From assembly GCA_000934665.2 (NCBI GenBank), contig JYFJ02002617.1, forward strand, positions 1 to 53,798: 53,798 nt of DNA, given 5' to 3'. The stretch comes from Catajapyx aquilonaris (Eukaryota). Below, piece by piece: positions 51,296 to 53,798 of the stretch. Positions within the stretch are counted from its first letter, which is position 1, and each line of letters starts with the position of its first letter. The notes under the pieces are model-generated. The model did not search any database. It was not told the origin of the DNA and saw only the letters and a list, made by a program, of their open reading frames with translations. A program made the position numbers and the translations under genes.

Positions 51296-52780
51296 ATGTG
51301 GTGTCTGCAATGGTCCACTGGCATCATTCAAGACACCTCTTGGTCCTTCAGACCCCTGGCAGTGGCCTCCGGTTTATCAGGCCTCTTTCCGTGCCCGTTT
51401 CGTCCCGAAGATAACGAAAGGTGGCTGACACGATGGACCACTGCGGCCTACGTCTCCTTCTGGTCAGGCATGATCGCCGCCAGCTGCTTCCGTCTGCCCA
51501 ACCATGTGTCCCGATTCTATCACTTGGACTCGACCAAGGAGTACTCGCTCTTGTTCCACTTCGCCACCACCATGGGTCTGCCCTTTGTCAACTTCTGGGT
51601 CATCGCCTGTCGGTGGGGGAAGGTCACCAGTCTGCTTGAACGCGTCCGAGGGATGGACACGACCTATGACCTCGCTGTCAACACCAAACTGCGCAGATTT
51701 GCGTGGAAGGTACTGGTGGCTGTCGGAATAGACTCGGTGGCCTACACCTGCATAATAGCATACAACAGCAAGCCTTCCCTTAGCGACGTCCTATTCTGCC
51801 TGGCCGTGTTCCACTTTTCTGTCGTCAGAGGCTTGATACCAAGTCAGGTCCTGTACTGTTGGATGGCCATCACCCGCAGGATGGACGAGGTCAACTTGTC
51901 CCTCAAAAGAGCCTGCGGTGGATTGGGAGACGTGTTCGAGAGAGAGGGAAAGAAGATTTTAACCAATCCTCGCGACTTCTCCGCTTCTGGTCGCAGATTT
52001 TTCCAACTTTGCGAGCTGACCAATGATGTGAGCAGAGTCTACGGACTTTCCATAACTGTTACGTACGCTTCGTTTGTGATTGAGTTTGTGACCAGCTGTT
52101 TCTTCAGTTATCTGTTTCGGAAGGACAATTCTCTCTGGTTCACAACGTTGGGGATATCCTGGACACTGGTACATCTCGCTACGGTGTACTTCGTTACAAA
52201 TCTGATTGGAGGTCTACCCTACAAGGTAAGTACTAGAAGCCAATAATATTGTTCGAGAATATGGGGAATTGATGTCAGTATATTACAGTCTTTTCGAGTT
52301 AGTTTGAGTGCCATTCATGTAACATTTATCTTAATGTCAGGCCACAGAATCTCTGCACAGCCTGATGAGAGTCAGCCCTAGGTCACTTGGCCCAGACGGT
52401 CAACAGCAGGTACGGAGCTATTCAACATTTTGTAGCATTTTCAACTTCCTTGCTCAGTGTTATACTATCATAACAGCGGCTTAACTCACAGTTGAAGTCT
52501 GCCTCGAGTAACTCATCGAGTAACACAGTTGCTTTTTAAGTGTAACCCGGACTTCTATTATTTCAGGTGAATGCCTTGATCCAGAAGATGTTGGGTCCTC
52601 CGGTTCAAATAACTGCAGCCAACTTCTTCGCAGTCAACGGTGGACTTCTGACCTCGGTTAGTCTGCATCAAATATTACTTAAATGCGAATGCCTAACCTT
52701 CAGGTACAATTAAGATTGCAGGATCGATAACCACATACCTGATCGTGTTGGTCCAATTTAAGGACACTGAGGTTGGATAA
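51296..52780 (+). CDS. Gustatory receptor (7tm_7 chemoreceptor family), 4 exons, ~384 aa
   Basis: Exons 51296-52225, 52341-52409, 52567-52656 and 52715-52780, with phase-0 GT-AG introns. The C-terminus reads VQITAANFFAVNGGLLTS|IAGSITTYLIVLVQFKDTEVG-stop. Exon 2 and 3 sizes (69, 90 nt) are identical to those of the minus-strand gene. Confidence 0.93.
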
Positions 52781-53708
52781 ATCGACAAGGACAGGGCTAT
52801 GTCACACCGAGACCTCCACATGGGTCATCATCTGTGAATTTCGTCTGACATGTTATATAAGTACTACTTCACGAGCCAGTATTATCAACAGAGTATCATG
52901 TATCAGAAATGGTTCCTTGTAGTGGCCATATCATGCGCTTGCTAACATCTCTGCACACATGGTCCTCAACCCTGTCGGCATCCAGCCACTAGTCGCACTC
53001 ATTAATAATTTCACCACTACCATACGTCTAATGGAAATCATGTGTTGTATCTCACTGCAATTAAAGCGTGCAATAGTTGGCTAGGAAAATTTGACAAGTG
53101 CTGAGCTTATATTACAGGGACAGACAATCATGATGGCAGGCGTTACTGCTTATATCAGATAAAGAGGAAACCACCATAGTAACATACATCAACTGCCCAT
53201 ACAATAAGTACAGCTATTGGCCGTCAGGAATTCATCTATGAAAAGGCTGGAGACTGACAAAACATACGATCACATTTTGAGAAAAAGAAGTCATGTGTTC
53301 CCAGGGTATTGGTGACAGATGCACCCCGAAACCAAAATAAGGTCTCTTAGAATTAATTTTTTTATTATTATTATTGATGAATCCTGAACCCCCAAGATCA
53401 CTGTGTAACATACGCGTCCTTAGTGATGTTGTTTCCCGCTGGTCGATAGTCTCCCACGCTTGCGCCTGGAAGATTCATACGTTATATGAACTTGGTCAGA
53501 GGAGCCACATCACCCTATGGTCATCATACGTTTAGTACTTCCGCGGCGTGGGCGCGTAACTAACTTGTAATGGCCTGTAACAGGGTGCAAGTATGTGGTA
53601 TAACTAGAGTTCATAAATTCATATGACGCACATGTAACTGTTATTGCACAACTCGTATCACCTGGCGCGACGATGTTTAATCGTATTCTCATTTTGAACA
53701 TTGAGTTA

Positions 53709-53798
53709 GTTAGTCACTTGCTGTATGCAGATGATTCTGCCCTTCTGGCGGAGAGTGAGGCTGATTTACAGTTGATCCTAGGCAAGTTAGATAATGTT
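53709..53798 (+). mobile_element. Non-LTR retrotransposon (LINE) reverse-transcriptase fragment running off the window
   Basis: VSHLLYADDSALLAESEADLQLILGKLDNV, with YADD at 53724-53735. Confidence 0.85.

Larger units (their letters stand above)
44650..53551 (+). repeat. Segmental duplication unit B (paralogous to 36090-42890)
   Basis: Same colinear blocks as unit A, but this unit retains more of both Gr genes. Confidence 0.92.

Overview
Eukaryotic, repeat-dense DNA, very probably from an arthropod; no prokaryotic operons, rRNA or CRISPR arrays are seen. The first ~30 kb is mostly decayed mobile DNA. It holds a frameshifted MULE transposase with SWIM zinc finger and Ulp1-type protease, plus Kolobok-like, Sola-like, mariner, Tc1-like, P-like, Tigger and KRBA2/Ginger-type remnants and a retropepsin fragment. 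It also holds many foldback MITEs, a 9-bp-TSD non-autonomous MULE carrying a tRNA-like Pol III cassette, and a possible orphan multi-exon gene at ~28.3-30 kb. The last ~23 kb is a tandemly duplicated gustatory-receptor (Gr, 7tm_7) locus. Two apparently intact four-exon Gr genes are present (31802-33143 minus; 51296-52780 plus), each with three phase-0 C-terminal introns and a TYxxxxxQF motif. Alongside them are a frameshifted and deleted Gr pseudogene, a 22-codon Gr stub, and a duplicated block from which the whole plus-strand Gr gene is missing. All family assignments come from manual motif recognition, not database searches. No convincingly new biological system could be demonstrated. The best leads are the Gr birth-and-death record, the Pol III-carrying MULE, the MULE-Ulp1 element, a near-perfect 111-bp palindrome and the orphan gene candidate.
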